Assembly (NCBI GenBank): GCA_963718585.1
Contig: OY970357.1
Coordinates: forward strand, 570,001 to 602,000
From: Candidatus Saccharimonadota bacterium
Lineage (GTDB): Bacteria; Patescibacteriota; Patescibacteriia; 2-12-FULL-60-25
Direction: 5' to 3'
Length of the DNA stretch: 32,000 bases
In this document: positions 23,166 to 31,548 of the stretch, piece by piece
How positions within the stretch are numbered: the stretch's first letter is position 1
Layout of the letters: each line of letters starts with the position of its first letter
The notes under the pieces: generated by a model
Databases searched by the model: none
What the model was told of the DNA's origin: nothing
What the model saw: only the letters and a program-made list of their open reading frames with translations
Made by a program: the position numbers and the translations under genes

Positions 23166-24395
23166 TCAGGAAGCGAGTGGCGTGCGATAGATATCCTCGC
23201 GCGTCAACGGTGCGATATTTTTCCCATTTGGCGCATTCTTCGCGGAAAGGGTCTGATGCACCTCGATCGAACCTTCCTCAAAGGCAAGCGCGCAGCCCGG
23301 CAAGTAGAGATCCCACACACGCAGAACCTTCTCCGGGACCATGCCGGCCATCGTCGCCTTGTTCGACCGATACCGCTCATTCCACGCGCGGAGAGTCAAT
23401 GCGTAGTGGAGCCGGAGCTCTTCAACGTCCAAGATCTCGAATCCCGCTTTTTGATTATGGACAAGCATATCCGAGATCGTATCGAGCTCTGCGCCCGGAA
23501 AGACGTGGCGGAAGATGAATTCGCCGCCGATGAAATCCAATTCCTTCTGCTTGATGGTGATCCCGTGGTTGAGTAACAATCCACCGCTCCGTAACGCACG
23601 ATGCAGAGCGTTGAAGTATTCGGGATACTTTGCGATCCCAACATGCTCGACCATGCCCACAGATGCGATCTTGTCGAACGCATCGGACGGCAGATCGAGA
23701 TAATGCTTGAGTTCGATGGTGATCTTTCCCTCCAACCCGGCGTCGCGAACGCGCTGGGTCGCCAGATCATACTGATTCTGTGAAAGGGTGATCCCATGCG
23801 CCTCGACGCCGTAATGCTGAGCGGCCCAGATCACGAGCGCGCCCCATCCACAACCGACGTCAAGGAATCGTTCGCCTGGTTTCAAGCGCAGTTTCCGGCA
23901 CACGAGATCCAGCTTTCGTTCCTGCGCCTTTTCCAGCGCGGTGTCCGGCGTCTCGAAGTACGCACAGGAATAGATCATCTTCGGATCCAGGAACAACTGA
24001 TAAAACTCGTTCGACAGATCATAATGCGCCTGCACGTCTCGCATGTCATCTTCTTTCGTATGTCGCGTTTGCGGGACACCGAGTTTTGCCGCCGCCTTCA
24101 ATTTCTCCATCGTGCTCAACTGGACAGAGGATAGATAGTCCTTCAACCCAAGCGCGCCGTAGATATCACCCTCGATGTCGAAATGCCCGTTGACATACGC
24201 CTCTGCAAAGCGTGATGGATCGCCGGACCGCATGCAATCCGCGAACGTCTCCGCGTCGGAAAAGATGAGTGTATAGGCTGCGGGGTTCCCCCACGCTACG
24301 GTCGTGCCGTCCCAAAGCCGGACGGCGAAATCTTTGGTCGGGTGATCGCGGAAGATCCGCTCCACGAGCTCTTTGGCATCTGCTGTGCTGATCAT
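23166..24395 (-). CDS. cfa: Cyclopropane-fatty-acyl-phospholipid synthase family SAM-dependent methyltransferase
   Basis: SAM motif FLDVGCGWGAL plus family-typical HYDLSNEFYQLFLDPKMIYSCAYF and SVGMVEHVG. Start placed at ATG 24395 (MISTADAK...), 10 nt after the lepA stop. Confidence 0.9.
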   Translation of the reverse strand: MISTADAKELVERIFRDHPTKDFAVRLWDGTTVAWGNPAAYTLIFSDAETFADCMRSGDPSRFAEAYVNGHFDIEGDIYGALGLKDYLSSVQLSTMEKLKAAAKLGVPQTRHTKEDDMRDVQAHYDLSNEFYQLFLDPKMIYSCAYFETPDTALEKAQERKLDLVCRKLRLKPGERFLDVGCGWGALVIWAAQHYGVEAHGITLSQNQYDLATQRVRDAGLEGKITIELKHYLDLPSDAFDKIASVGMVEHVGIAKYPEYFNALHRALRSGGLLLNHGITIKQKELDFIGGEFIFRHVFPGAELDTISDMLVHNQKAGFEILDVEELRLHYALTLRAWNERYRSNKATMAGMVPEKVLRVWDLYLPGCALAFEEGSIEVHQTLSAKNAPNGKNIAPLTREDIYRTPLAS

Positions 24396-24405
24396 AAAAA
24401 ATGAC

Positions 24406-26220
24406 TTAACGTGAATCTCCACGGCGAAGGACCTTGATGAAGGCGTCGGAGGGGATCTCCACACTCCCCTTCCCCATGCTCATCATCTTGGACTTCCCCT
24501 TTTTCTGTTTTTGAAGCAGCTTCATTTTGCGCGTTACGTCGCCTCCGTACAAGTACCCGGTCACGTCCTTGCGATATGCAGACAATCGCTCAGACGCGAT
24601 GACCTTGGCTCCGATGGCCGCCTGGATCTTGATGACGAATTGCCGTCGCTCAAGCGTCTCCTTGAGCGTTTCGACGATATGCCGCCCGCGGAATTCGGCC
24701 TCCGATCGATGAACGAGTGACGACAGCGCCGGGACCGGTTCCTCCGCGACCAGGATATCAAGGCGCACGATATCCGCCAGCCGATATCCGATGAAGTCAT
24801 AATTCAGCGACGCATACCCCTGCGTCACGCTTTTCAGCCGGTCGTAAAAATCGACGATCACGCTGGCAAGCGGCATCTCAAAGTGCATGACCGCGCGTTC
24901 GGCATCAAGCCATTCCGTGGTCTGGAACGTCCCACGCCGCTCGGTCACGATCGTCATGATCGCGCCGAAGTAGGATGATGGCGTGACGATGTCCACCTTG
25001 ACCCACGGTTCGCGCGTCTCCTGTAGAAATGACGGGTCCGGGTAATCAAGCGGCGACGTGACGACCACCTGGGTCCCATCTGTCTTCACGACCTCGTAGG
25101 CCACGGACGGCGTGGTCACGATCACTTCGAGGCCGCCTTCGCGCCGCAACCGTTCCTGCACGATCTCGAGATGCAACATCCCAAGGAGTCCGCACCGGAA
25201 GCCGAATCCGAGCGCGGTGCTCTGTTCCGGTTCATAGGTCAGCGCGGCGTCATTCAACCGTAAGCGTTCCATCGCGTCGCGCAGACGGTTGTAGGCATCG
25301 CCCTCTTTGGGAAAGATCCCGGCATAGACCATGGGACGGACGACCTTGTATCCCGGGAGCGCCTGCGTATCCGCGACGCGCGAACGGACCGCGACCGTGT
25401 CCCCCACGCGAACCTCCGTGATCTCTTTCAATCCCGTGACGATATACCCGATCTCCCCGGTCGCAAGGGCGGAGGAAGCTATCAGTGCGGGTTTCAGATA
25501 CCCGACTTCGAGTGCATCACCGTCTGCCTTCGTCGCCATGAACCGCAATTTGTCGTTCTTTGTGATCGTCCCATCCACCAAACGCACGTACGCGACCACG
25601 CCGCGATAATCGTCGTATTTGGAATCAAAGATGAGCGCCCGCGGTGGCTTTGATGGATCGCCAGATGGGGATGGCACGCGCTGGACGATCGCCTCCAGGA
25701 TCGCGGGCACGCCCTCTCCGGTCTTTCCCGATGCGGTCAGGATCTCCTCGCGCTTACAGCCGATGAGCTTGATGATCTCCTCGGCACGACGCTCTACGTC
25801 CGCATTGGGCAGATCGATCTTGTTGAGCACGGGAATGATCTCCAGATTCTGCTCGATCGCGAAATAGAGGTTCGCGATGGTCTGTGCCTGCACACCTTGC
25901 GTCGCGTCGACGAGGAGCAAGGCGCCCTCGACCGCTGCAAGGGAACGGTTCACTTCGTAATGAAAGTCGACATGACCGGGCGTGTCGATGAGATTCAATT
26001 GATATTCCGATGTATCTTCACCGATATATTTCATCCGTGCGGGCTGAAGTTTGATCGTGATCCCCCGCTCCCGCTCAATATCCATGGTATCGAGCATCTG
26101 TGCCTGAAGCTTCCGTTTTTCAACGGTTCCCGTGACCTCAAGCAACCGATCGGCAAGCGTACTCTTGCCGTGGTCGATATGCGCGATGATGCAGAAATTT
26201 CGGATGTGGGATTGGTCCAT
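24406..26220 (-). CDS. lepA: Elongation factor 4 (translational GTPase LepA)
   Basis: IRNFCIIAHIDHGKSTLADRLL (G1), DTPGHVDF (G3), NKID (G4), full EF4 length (604 aa) and a LepA-specific C-terminal region. Confidence 0.95.
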   Translation of the reverse strand: MDQSHIRNFCIIAHIDHGKSTLADRLLEVTGTVEKRKLQAQMLDTMDIERERGITIKLQPARMKYIGEDTSEYQLNLIDTPGHVDFHYEVNRSLAAVEGALLLVDATQGVQAQTIANLYFAIEQNLEIIPVLNKIDLPNADVERRAEEIIKLIGCKREEILTASGKTGEGVPAILEAIVQRVPSPSGDPSKPPRALIFDSKYDDYRGVVAYVRLVDGTITKNDKLRFMATKADGDALEVGYLKPALIASSALATGEIGYIVTGLKEITEVRVGDTVAVRSRVADTQALPGYKVVRPMVYAGIFPKEGDAYNRLRDAMERLRLNDAALTYEPEQSTALGFGFRCGLLGMLHLEIVQERLRREGGLEVIVTTPSVAYEVVKTDGTQVVVTSPLDYPDPSFLQETREPWVKVDIVTPSSYFGAIMTIVTERRGTFQTTEWLDAERAVMHFEMPLASVIVDFYDRLKSVTQGYASLNYDFIGYRLADIVRLDILVAEEPVPALSSLVHRSEAEFRGRHIVETLKETLERRQFVIKIQAAIGAKVIASERLSAYRKDVTGYLYGGDVTRKMKLLQKQKKGKSKMMSMGKGSVEIPSDAFIKVLRRGDSR

Positions 26221-26232
26221 AGGCGGTCTGCG

Positions 26233-26382
26233 TCATCGCGCAAAGGGAAGGGTCGGAAACCGTGAGGTTTCCGTGGCGGAGGGAGGATGCAAAGCATCCT
26301 GGGAACCGATGGCTTCCCAGGAGTCCGCCTCGTGCGGACGACGGACGATGATGCAGAAATTTCGGATGTGGGATCGGTCCAT
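26233..26382 (-). CDS. 49-codon upstream ORF starting with the duplicated lepA N-terminus (hypothetical leader ORF)
   Basis: MDRSHIRNFCIIVRRPHEADSWEAIGSQDALHPPSATETSRFPTLPFAR. It is in the same frame as lepA, and its TGA lies 12 nt before lepA ATG 26220. The promoter -10 sits 11 nt upstream of its ATG. Confidence 0.25.
   Translation of the reverse strand: MDRSHIRNFCIIVRRPHEADSWEAIGSQDALHPPSATETSRFPTLPFAR
26254..26339 (-). other. Four consecutive hairpins between the two lepA 5' copies
   Basis: 26254-26261/26266-26273 (8 bp), 26285-26290/26294-26299 (6 bp), 26297-26305/26314-26322 (9 bp, sharing 3 nt with the previous hairpin) and 26323-26328/26334-26339 (6 bp). Confidence 0.6.
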
Positions 26383-26393
26383 GGATGAGGCGC

Positions 26394-26422
26394 ATTCTGC
26401 CTGAAATCAGGGCGTTTGGCAA
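26394..26422 (-). promoter_or_regulatory. Putative sigma70-type promoter of the lepA-cfa transcript
   Basis: Minus strand reads TTGCCA (26417-26422), a 17-nt spacer, CAGAAT (26394-26399), then 11 nt to ATG 26382. Confidence 0.45.
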
Positions 26423-26453
26423 TCCAGCCACGCCCATATGAGATTTGTCATTC

Positions 26454-27434
26454 CTATTGCCCCAACAGCTGTGATCCAGCCGCCGGGCCGCTGATCGTCG
26501 GTGTCGATGTCGGCGGAGTCAATTCCGTATCAAGCGGCACGCGCAAAGGCGCCGTGAACTGCGGGAAGATCTTCTCCAACATCGCACGGCTCTCGAGGAT
26601 CCGGACGCGCTGGATGAACCGATCCGGGATCTTTGCCGCGACCGGCAGTTTGATGAACCTCGCCGGACGCTTGAGCCGTTCCGGCAGGATCTTTTGTTTG
26701 GCAAAGAGGAAACCCGCCTTGGTCTGATCTGTCGCGGTCAATCGATGGACAAGCGCCTTCAACTGATCCGGATCGGATCGCGTAAATGTCTGCGCGGTCG
26801 CGCGCAAGCCTTGTCCGGCAGCAAGCGCGATCACGGGCAGGGCTGGCGGCGTCTGATCCTGCCCGGGTTCGACATTATTCTCCGCCATCACCTGGACCTC
26901 ATGGTCCGCGACCTGGATATCCGCTGCATCCCCGTCGATGGAAACGCCGAACGCCGTACCCCGGACCGTTGCCACCACGCCGTTCGCCACGACATTGAAA
27001 TGGTCATCTTTCCCAAAGAGCTTCTCGAATCGCGTCCAGACACTTCCCGCGGTGAGCTGGATCTCCGCGGCGATGGAGGAACCATCCGCCCCGTCATTCG
27101 GCAGCAAGACGATCTGCGTTCCTGTCTCTAGACGTGAGATCCCCGTTTCCGGATAGACCAACTCGACCGGCCCCTGTGTGACGGTCACGGCATCGCCGCC
27201 GTTCAATTCCATGTCATCCTTCGCTTGATACACCTGATCCGCCCGATCCACATTGGCAGAACCACCATCCAGCCTGAGATAGGCGATGGCGGCTGGAGTG
27301 GAACTCGTCTCCGTCGTTTGCGCGACCTCGGTCCCTGACGGCGCCTGTGCGACACGCGGATGGACCTGAAAGCACCCCGCACCGACGAGCGGCAACGTAA
27401 GCGCCAAAGAGAGAACGGCAAAGGGAGATCGCAT
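26454..27434 (-). CDS. FecR-domain protein with signal peptide (possible lipoprotein)
   Basis: MRSPFAVLSLALTLPLVGAGC... followed by a FecR-like beta-rich pattern (GGDAVTVTQGPVELVYPETGISRLETGTQIVL; LTAGSVWTRF...VATVRGTAFGV). Start at ATG 27434; GTG 27440 is an alternative. Confidence 0.78.
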   Translation of the reverse strand: MRSPFAVLSLALTLPLVGAGCFQVHPRVAQAPSGTEVAQTTETSSTPAAIAYLRLDGGSANVDRADQVYQAKDDMELNGGDAVTVTQGPVELVYPETGISRLETGTQIVLLPNDGADGSSIAAEIQLTAGSVWTRFEKLFGKDDHFNVVANGVVATVRGTAFGVSIDGDAADIQVADHEVQVMAENNVEPGQDQTPPALPVIALAAGQGLRATAQTFTRSDPDQLKALVHRLTATDQTKAGFLFAKQKILPERLKRPARFIKLPVAAKIPDRFIQRVRILESRAMLEKIFPQFTAPLRVPLDTELTPPTSTPTISGPAAGSQLLGQ

Positions 27435-27447
27435 ATGCACCGATGAT

Positions 27448-28302
27448 TCAGGATGATGACGTCGATGTCGATGTCTGGATGTCAAGCGTCGGATCCGATG
27501 TCAGGTCAAGCGCGGGCGCCGTGATCTCGGCGTTACCCGCCTGGACGAACGCATCGGAACGATCAGATACGCCAAATGCTTCCGTGGTAAGTGCCGCATC
27601 TCCCGACGGGACGGAGACACGCTCCCCCTTATTCACCGTGATCGCACTTCCGACCGGATCGTAGATGACCGCATCATCGATGCCATTGGCTCGGTCTTGA
27701 TAGGTCGGCGTGCGCGCCGCAACGCGCGACACGGCGATCTGTCCATTGGACACCTCATATCGCACATCCGCACCATTGACAGAGGCTCCGAAAGACGCGA
27801 ACAACGTCAACGCATCCGCACCGTCCGCTTGAACGCTGAAGACCGAGTCGGGTCCGATGGGTTTGACCAGTCGCGTCCAGACCTGCCCGTTTTCTACGGA
27901 CAATCGGATGCGAAGTCGCTCGCGGTTGGTGCTCTCGAACGCCTCGATGAACGTGACAGTGGTCCGTGCATCCAAAAGGATCCGGCCGTAATGCGGTACG
28001 ATCACGGAAAGCTCCGCGCCTCCTGCGGTCAGGACATCGCCGGTCTGGACTTTCATCCGCGCCTGAGCCGGAACGGTCGTCGGCCCACGGGTAAGGGTCG
28101 CGGATCCATCCGTGTGCTCGATCACGACGCCATCTTGAGGCGTCAATCCCGGATTGATGGGCAGCTGATCCGCAGTGGACGTCGCATCCGAAGTGATGAT
28201 CGGACCAGGCGACGTGATCGGAAGCAGACGGAATCCAAGTGCGAGGACGAAAAAAAGCACGATCGCCCCAAGGATCCACGTCCCGTATCGGACTCGTTTC
28301 AT
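27448..28302 (-). CDS. FecR-domain protein, N-terminal TM anchor (paralogue of the downstream gene)
   Basis: TM GTWILGAIVLFFVLALGF, then VQTGDVLTAGGAELSVIVPHYGRILLDARTTVTF and ENGQVWTRL, giving the same domain pattern as 26454-27434. Confidence 0.78.
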   Translation of the reverse strand: MKRVRYGTWILGAIVLFFVLALGFRLLPITSPGPIITSDATSTADQLPINPGLTPQDGVVIEHTDGSATLTRGPTTVPAQARMKVQTGDVLTAGGAELSVIVPHYGRILLDARTTVTFIEAFESTNRERLRIRLSVENGQVWTRLVKPIGPDSVFSVQADGADALTLFASFGASVNGADVRYEVSNGQIAVSRVAARTPTYQDRANGIDDAVIYDPVGSAITVNKGERVSVPSGDAALTTEAFGVSDRSDAFVQAGNAEITAPALDLTSDPTLDIQTSTSTSSS

Positions 28303-28321
28303 GCTCCGTATCCTACCACGC

Positions 28322-29947
28322 TCAGAGCCCCTGCGCCTCCTCCGCCCCTTCGATGGATGCCGGCTGACGGAAGAGTCGCCGATTCACGGCCGCGAGAAGC
28401 TGGGCGAGCTCCGGCGAACGGAATAAATAGGCGACGAGCAAGAAGGCGCAGGCACCGACCGTCCCGGCCGCTGCCGCCTGAAGAGCCACCTGCCAGAAGG
28501 TCCGCAGGGGTAAAACGGATCCGATGAACTGCCGGACCGGATAACCCGCCGCGATCACGGCGATCGAAGCGATAAAGGTCCGCCCGAACGAACCAAAATA
28601 TTCCTTTTCATGCAGCGATCCGTATTGTCGACGCAACTGCCACCATAACAGCAAAAGATTCACATAGGTCGCAATGGAAAAAGCCACGGCAAGGCCATCC
28701 ACGCCAAAACGATGATAGAGAAGCAATGCGGCGCAGATATTAGCCGCCTCAGAGACGAAACTCACCCAAAACGGCGTCCGCGTGTTCTGCAACGCATAGA
28801 AAGCCCGCGCAAAAAGCGGAACCAATGCCTGACCTAAGAGCGAGACGGTAAAGATCCCGAGGACCGTCGCGGTCCGGATCGTGTCATCCCAACTGAATTC
28901 GCCGGCCCCAAGAGCCAAACGCACGATCTGCGCGCGAAGAAGGAAGAATAACGCCGTGACCGGAAGGATCAAGAACGTCACCTTCCGCATCGAAGAGACG
29001 AGGGTCTTTTTGAAATGTTCCTGATCTTTCAAACTCGCGTATTTCGCGAGGAGGGGAAAGGCGGCGACGGCGAAGGAGATCCCGAAGAGACCGACCGGAA
29101 AGGATTGAAGGTTATTCGCAAGATTGAAGATCGACACGGAGCCGACCGCGAGCGTGGAAGCGATGCTTAACAGGATGACGAGGTTCAACTGGCTCACGGC
29201 CAGCCCAGCCGTCCGTGGCGCCATGAGGAACATGATGCGTCGCACGCCAGGCGAACGGAGGGAGGGCCGCGGCAACTTTCGCAGTCCAAGGCGAAGCACG
29301 ACGGATGTTTGGACCGCAAAATGCATGAGCGCACCGAGGATCACGCCCCATGCCACCCCTTCGACACCCATGTGCGGCACGAGAAAGATCGCGCCGAAGA
29401 TGATCCCGAGGTTATACAGGACCGGAGCCAACGCAAACGCCAGCATGCGCCGCGTCGCCTGCAGGATCCCGCCCATGACCGCAGAAAGGCCGAGCAGGAA
29501 CGGCGACAGGAACATGATCCGTGACAGCCGGACCGTCAGCGCCATGAGATCCGGGGGGAAACCCGGAACGGTCAGCGGAACGATGAGCGGCGCGAAGAAT
29601 GCGAGCAGCGCACACGTGATCGCCATGGTCGCGGCGACCACGGACAAGACCTGCTCGGCGAGCTGCCACACCTCATGCCGCTCGCGCTTTTCCAGATACT
29701 CCGCAAAGACCGGGATGAAACCGGCGGACAGCGCGCCCAGGATCACGAGATTATACAGAAAGTCCGGAACGCGGAACGCGGCGTAATACGCATCCAGCGC
29801 GTGACCGGCGCCGAAGGTCCCGGCAAGCGTGCGATCACGCAGGACGCCGACAAGACGCGACGCGAGCGACGCCGCACCGACGATGAACGCCGCGGTCGTC
29901 AGACCGTTCGTCTCTCCGTGCCAAAGCTGGGCAAGGCGTTTCAACAT
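28322..29947 (-). CDS. murJ: Lipid II flippase MurJ (MviN family)
   Basis: 541-aa polytopic protein. N-terminus AAFIVGAASLASRLVGVLRDRTLAGTFGAGHALDAYYAAFRVPDFLYNLVILGALSAGFIPVF is the characteristic MurJ/MviN pattern. Confidence 0.92.
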   Translation of the reverse strand: MLKRLAQLWHGETNGLTTAAFIVGAASLASRLVGVLRDRTLAGTFGAGHALDAYYAAFRVPDFLYNLVILGALSAGFIPVFAEYLEKRERHEVWQLAEQVLSVVAATMAITCALLAFFAPLIVPLTVPGFPPDLMALTVRLSRIMFLSPFLLGLSAVMGGILQATRRMLAFALAPVLYNLGIIFGAIFLVPHMGVEGVAWGVILGALMHFAVQTSVVLRLGLRKLPRPSLRSPGVRRIMFLMAPRTAGLAVSQLNLVILLSIASTLAVGSVSIFNLANNLQSFPVGLFGISFAVAAFPLLAKYASLKDQEHFKKTLVSSMRKVTFLILPVTALFFLLRAQIVRLALGAGEFSWDDTIRTATVLGIFTVSLLGQALVPLFARAFYALQNTRTPFWVSFVSEAANICAALLLYHRFGVDGLAVAFSIATYVNLLLLWWQLRRQYGSLHEKEYFGSFGRTFIASIAVIAAGYPVRQFIGSVLPLRTFWQVALQAAAAGTVGACAFLLVAYLFRSPELAQLLAAVNRRLFRQPASIEGAEEAQGL

Positions 29948-29950
29948 GGA

Positions 29951-30283
29951 TCAGGAAAAATCATCGTGCAATTCGAGCATCGCGTACACGTTCCCATCTT
30001 CGACGAACACGTCGATCGGCGCGAGGCGCGTCCCTTCGGGCGCTTGTCCCGCCAGCCGCTCCCCGGTCGCGGGATCGAATTCCGCCTGATGCATCCGGCA
30101 CCGCAGGACGTTCCCGCATAACTCGGTCGTGCCACCCATGTGCGTGCAGGCATTCACGTAGGCGCGCAGGGTCCCGTCACGATTGACTGCGATCCCCTTG
30201 CGCGGGCCGTACGCGAACGTTGAAGAAGATCCATCCCGGATCTCCCCTTCGCGCGCGACAAGGACCTTTCGCCGGATCGACAT
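29951..30283 (-). CDS. Small Rieske-like [2Fe-2S] domain protein
   Basis: CTH-x13-CRMH (ACTHMGGTTELCGNVLRCRMHQAEFD) in a 110-aa protein. The spacer is shorter than the 15-17 residues I recall for classical Rieske centres. Confidence 0.8.
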   Translation of the reverse strand: MSIRRKVLVAREGEIRDGSSSTFAYGPRKGIAVNRDGTLRAYVNACTHMGGTTELCGNVLRCRMHQAEFDPATGERLAGQAPEGTRLAPIDVFVEDGNVYAMLELHDDFS

Positions 30284-30291
30284 GGTCGCGA

Positions 30292-31032
30292 TTATGACGG
30301 ATCGTCCCCTTCCTGTCGATCCGTCTCCTCTCCCCCCATATCGTAATCGAACAGGTCTTTTTTGATCGAACCTTTGGTCATCATATGGAGTTCGCCGAAG
30401 AGATATTTCATCGCGATGGAAAGACGTCCGTCTTTTTCCAACCGACGGACGGACGCGGCGATCGGGTGTGACCGCAAGATGCCGAACGTATGCCCCTGCT
30501 TTTTGGCGCGCTGGACATAGTCATGGTCTTCCGCGAACACGACATCCTCATCGAACCCATTGATCCCGTGATGCGCATGCCGCCGCACGAGGATGCAGAA
30601 CCCAGGCGCATGCGGACGGATCTTTTCGGTCGCGATGACGTAGGCGTTGTATGCTTCGTGCAACGCGCGATCGATCGGCTTGCGACTCAACGGCCTCACT
30701 TTGCATGTCGCGACATCGAGCCCTTTGCGATCCATCTCTGCGACGCATTCTTCGAGGAACTTGCTCGACGGCAACTGCACATCCGCGTCGAAGAACGCGA
30801 TGATGTCACCTTCCGCATGCAAAGCCCCTTTGTTCCGTCCGGGACCCGGCATCCCTCCTTCGACCACGCGGGCGCCGTACGACGTGGCGATCTCTGTCGT
30901 CGTATCCGTGGAATGCGCATCCGCGACGATCACCTCATAGTCTTTGAACGTCTGCGCCTTGATCGTCTCAAGGAGCTTTGGAAGCATCTTTTCCTCATTT
31001 TTGACCGGGATCACGATAGAAACGCGTGGCAT
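30292..31032 (-). CDS. Family 2 glycosyltransferase
   Basis: VSIVIPVKNEEKMLPKLLETIKAQTFKDYEVIVADAHSTDTT...IAFFDADV: GT-A fold with a DxD motif. Start placed at ATG 31032 (MPRVSIVIP), 7 nt after the upstream stop. Confidence 0.88.
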   Translation of the reverse strand: MPRVSIVIPVKNEEKMLPKLLETIKAQTFKDYEVIVADAHSTDTTTEIATSYGARVVEGGMPGPGRNKGALHAEGDIIAFFDADVQLPSSKFLEECVAEMDRKGLDVATCKVRPLSRKPIDRALHEAYNAYVIATEKIRPHAPGFCILVRRHAHHGINGFDEDVVFAEDHDYVQRAKKQGHTFGILRSHPIAASVRRLEKDGRLSIAMKYLFGELHMMTKGSIKKDLFDYDMGGEETDRQEGDDPS

Positions 31033-31039
31033 AGATCCA

Positions 31040-31501
31040 TTATACGCGAACATGCTGCATCGCGTACGCCGCGATGCCCGCCGCGACCGCGACGTTCAAC
31101 GATTCCTTCGTCCCCAGCTGCGCGATGGACACGAGGTCATCACATCGATCGCGAAGCGTGGGCGGGATGCCGGTGACTTCATTTCCAAGCAAGAGCGCGG
31201 TCATTTCCTCCGGCTGATAGGACGCGAGATCAAGAGCCCGCGCATCCAATTCAAGTCCGACGATGCGGAATCCATCCGCATGCAGTTCATCGATCACAGA
31301 GACGACATCTGTCCGCTGTTCCCAGGTGACGCTCTGCTCCGCACCGAGCGCGGTCTTCCGCACACCCGGATGGTCGCCCGACGGCGTGTATCCCGTGATC
31401 CACAATTTCGTCACGCCGAGTGAATCACAGGTACGCAACAAGGACCCCACGTTCTGCGCGGAGCGGATATCATTCGCGATGAGATGGAGGACGTTCGACA
31501 T
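31040..31501 (-). CDS. SpoU/TrmH-family RNA 2'-O-methyltransferase
   Basis: 153 aa: NVGSLLRTCDSLGV..., ALLLGNEVTGI..., SIAQLGTKESLNVAVAAGIAAY. These are the SPOUT motifs 1-3. Confidence 0.88.
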   Translation of the reverse strand: MSNVLHLIANDIRSAQNVGSLLRTCDSLGVTKLWITGYTPSGDHPGVRKTALGAEQSVTWEQRTDVVSVIDELHADGFRIVGLELDARALDLASYQPEEMTALLLGNEVTGIPPTLRDRCDDLVSIAQLGTKESLNVAVAAGIAAYAMQHVRV

Positions 31502-31548
31502 GATCGAAGATTTGGGCTAGCCTACGCTAAACTTTGCGTTTTGTCACT

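Larger units (their letters stand above)
26184..26382 (-). repeat. Direct duplication of the lepA 5' end (two 36-37-nt copies, 162 nt apart)
   Basis: 26184-26220 versus 26346-26382 differ at one position. Both copies begin with ATGGACC.ATCCCACATCCGAAATTTCTGCATCATC on the minus strand. Confidence 0.92.

Noticed and set aside
26031-26437. Minus-strand ORFs 26138-26437 (99 aa) and 26031-26297 (88 aa) across the lepA upstream region
   Set aside because: They are out-of-frame readings of the duplicated lepA 5' segment; the repeated GPIPHPKFLHHR arises from the repeat itself. They overlap the well-supported lepA start and have no start context.
27697-29786. Plus-strand ORFs 27697-28527 (276 aa) and 29124-29786 (220 aa), antisense to the FecR-like gene and murJ
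   Set aside because: They are Arg-rich antisense shadows. The minus-strand frames give coherent TM and domain patterns.
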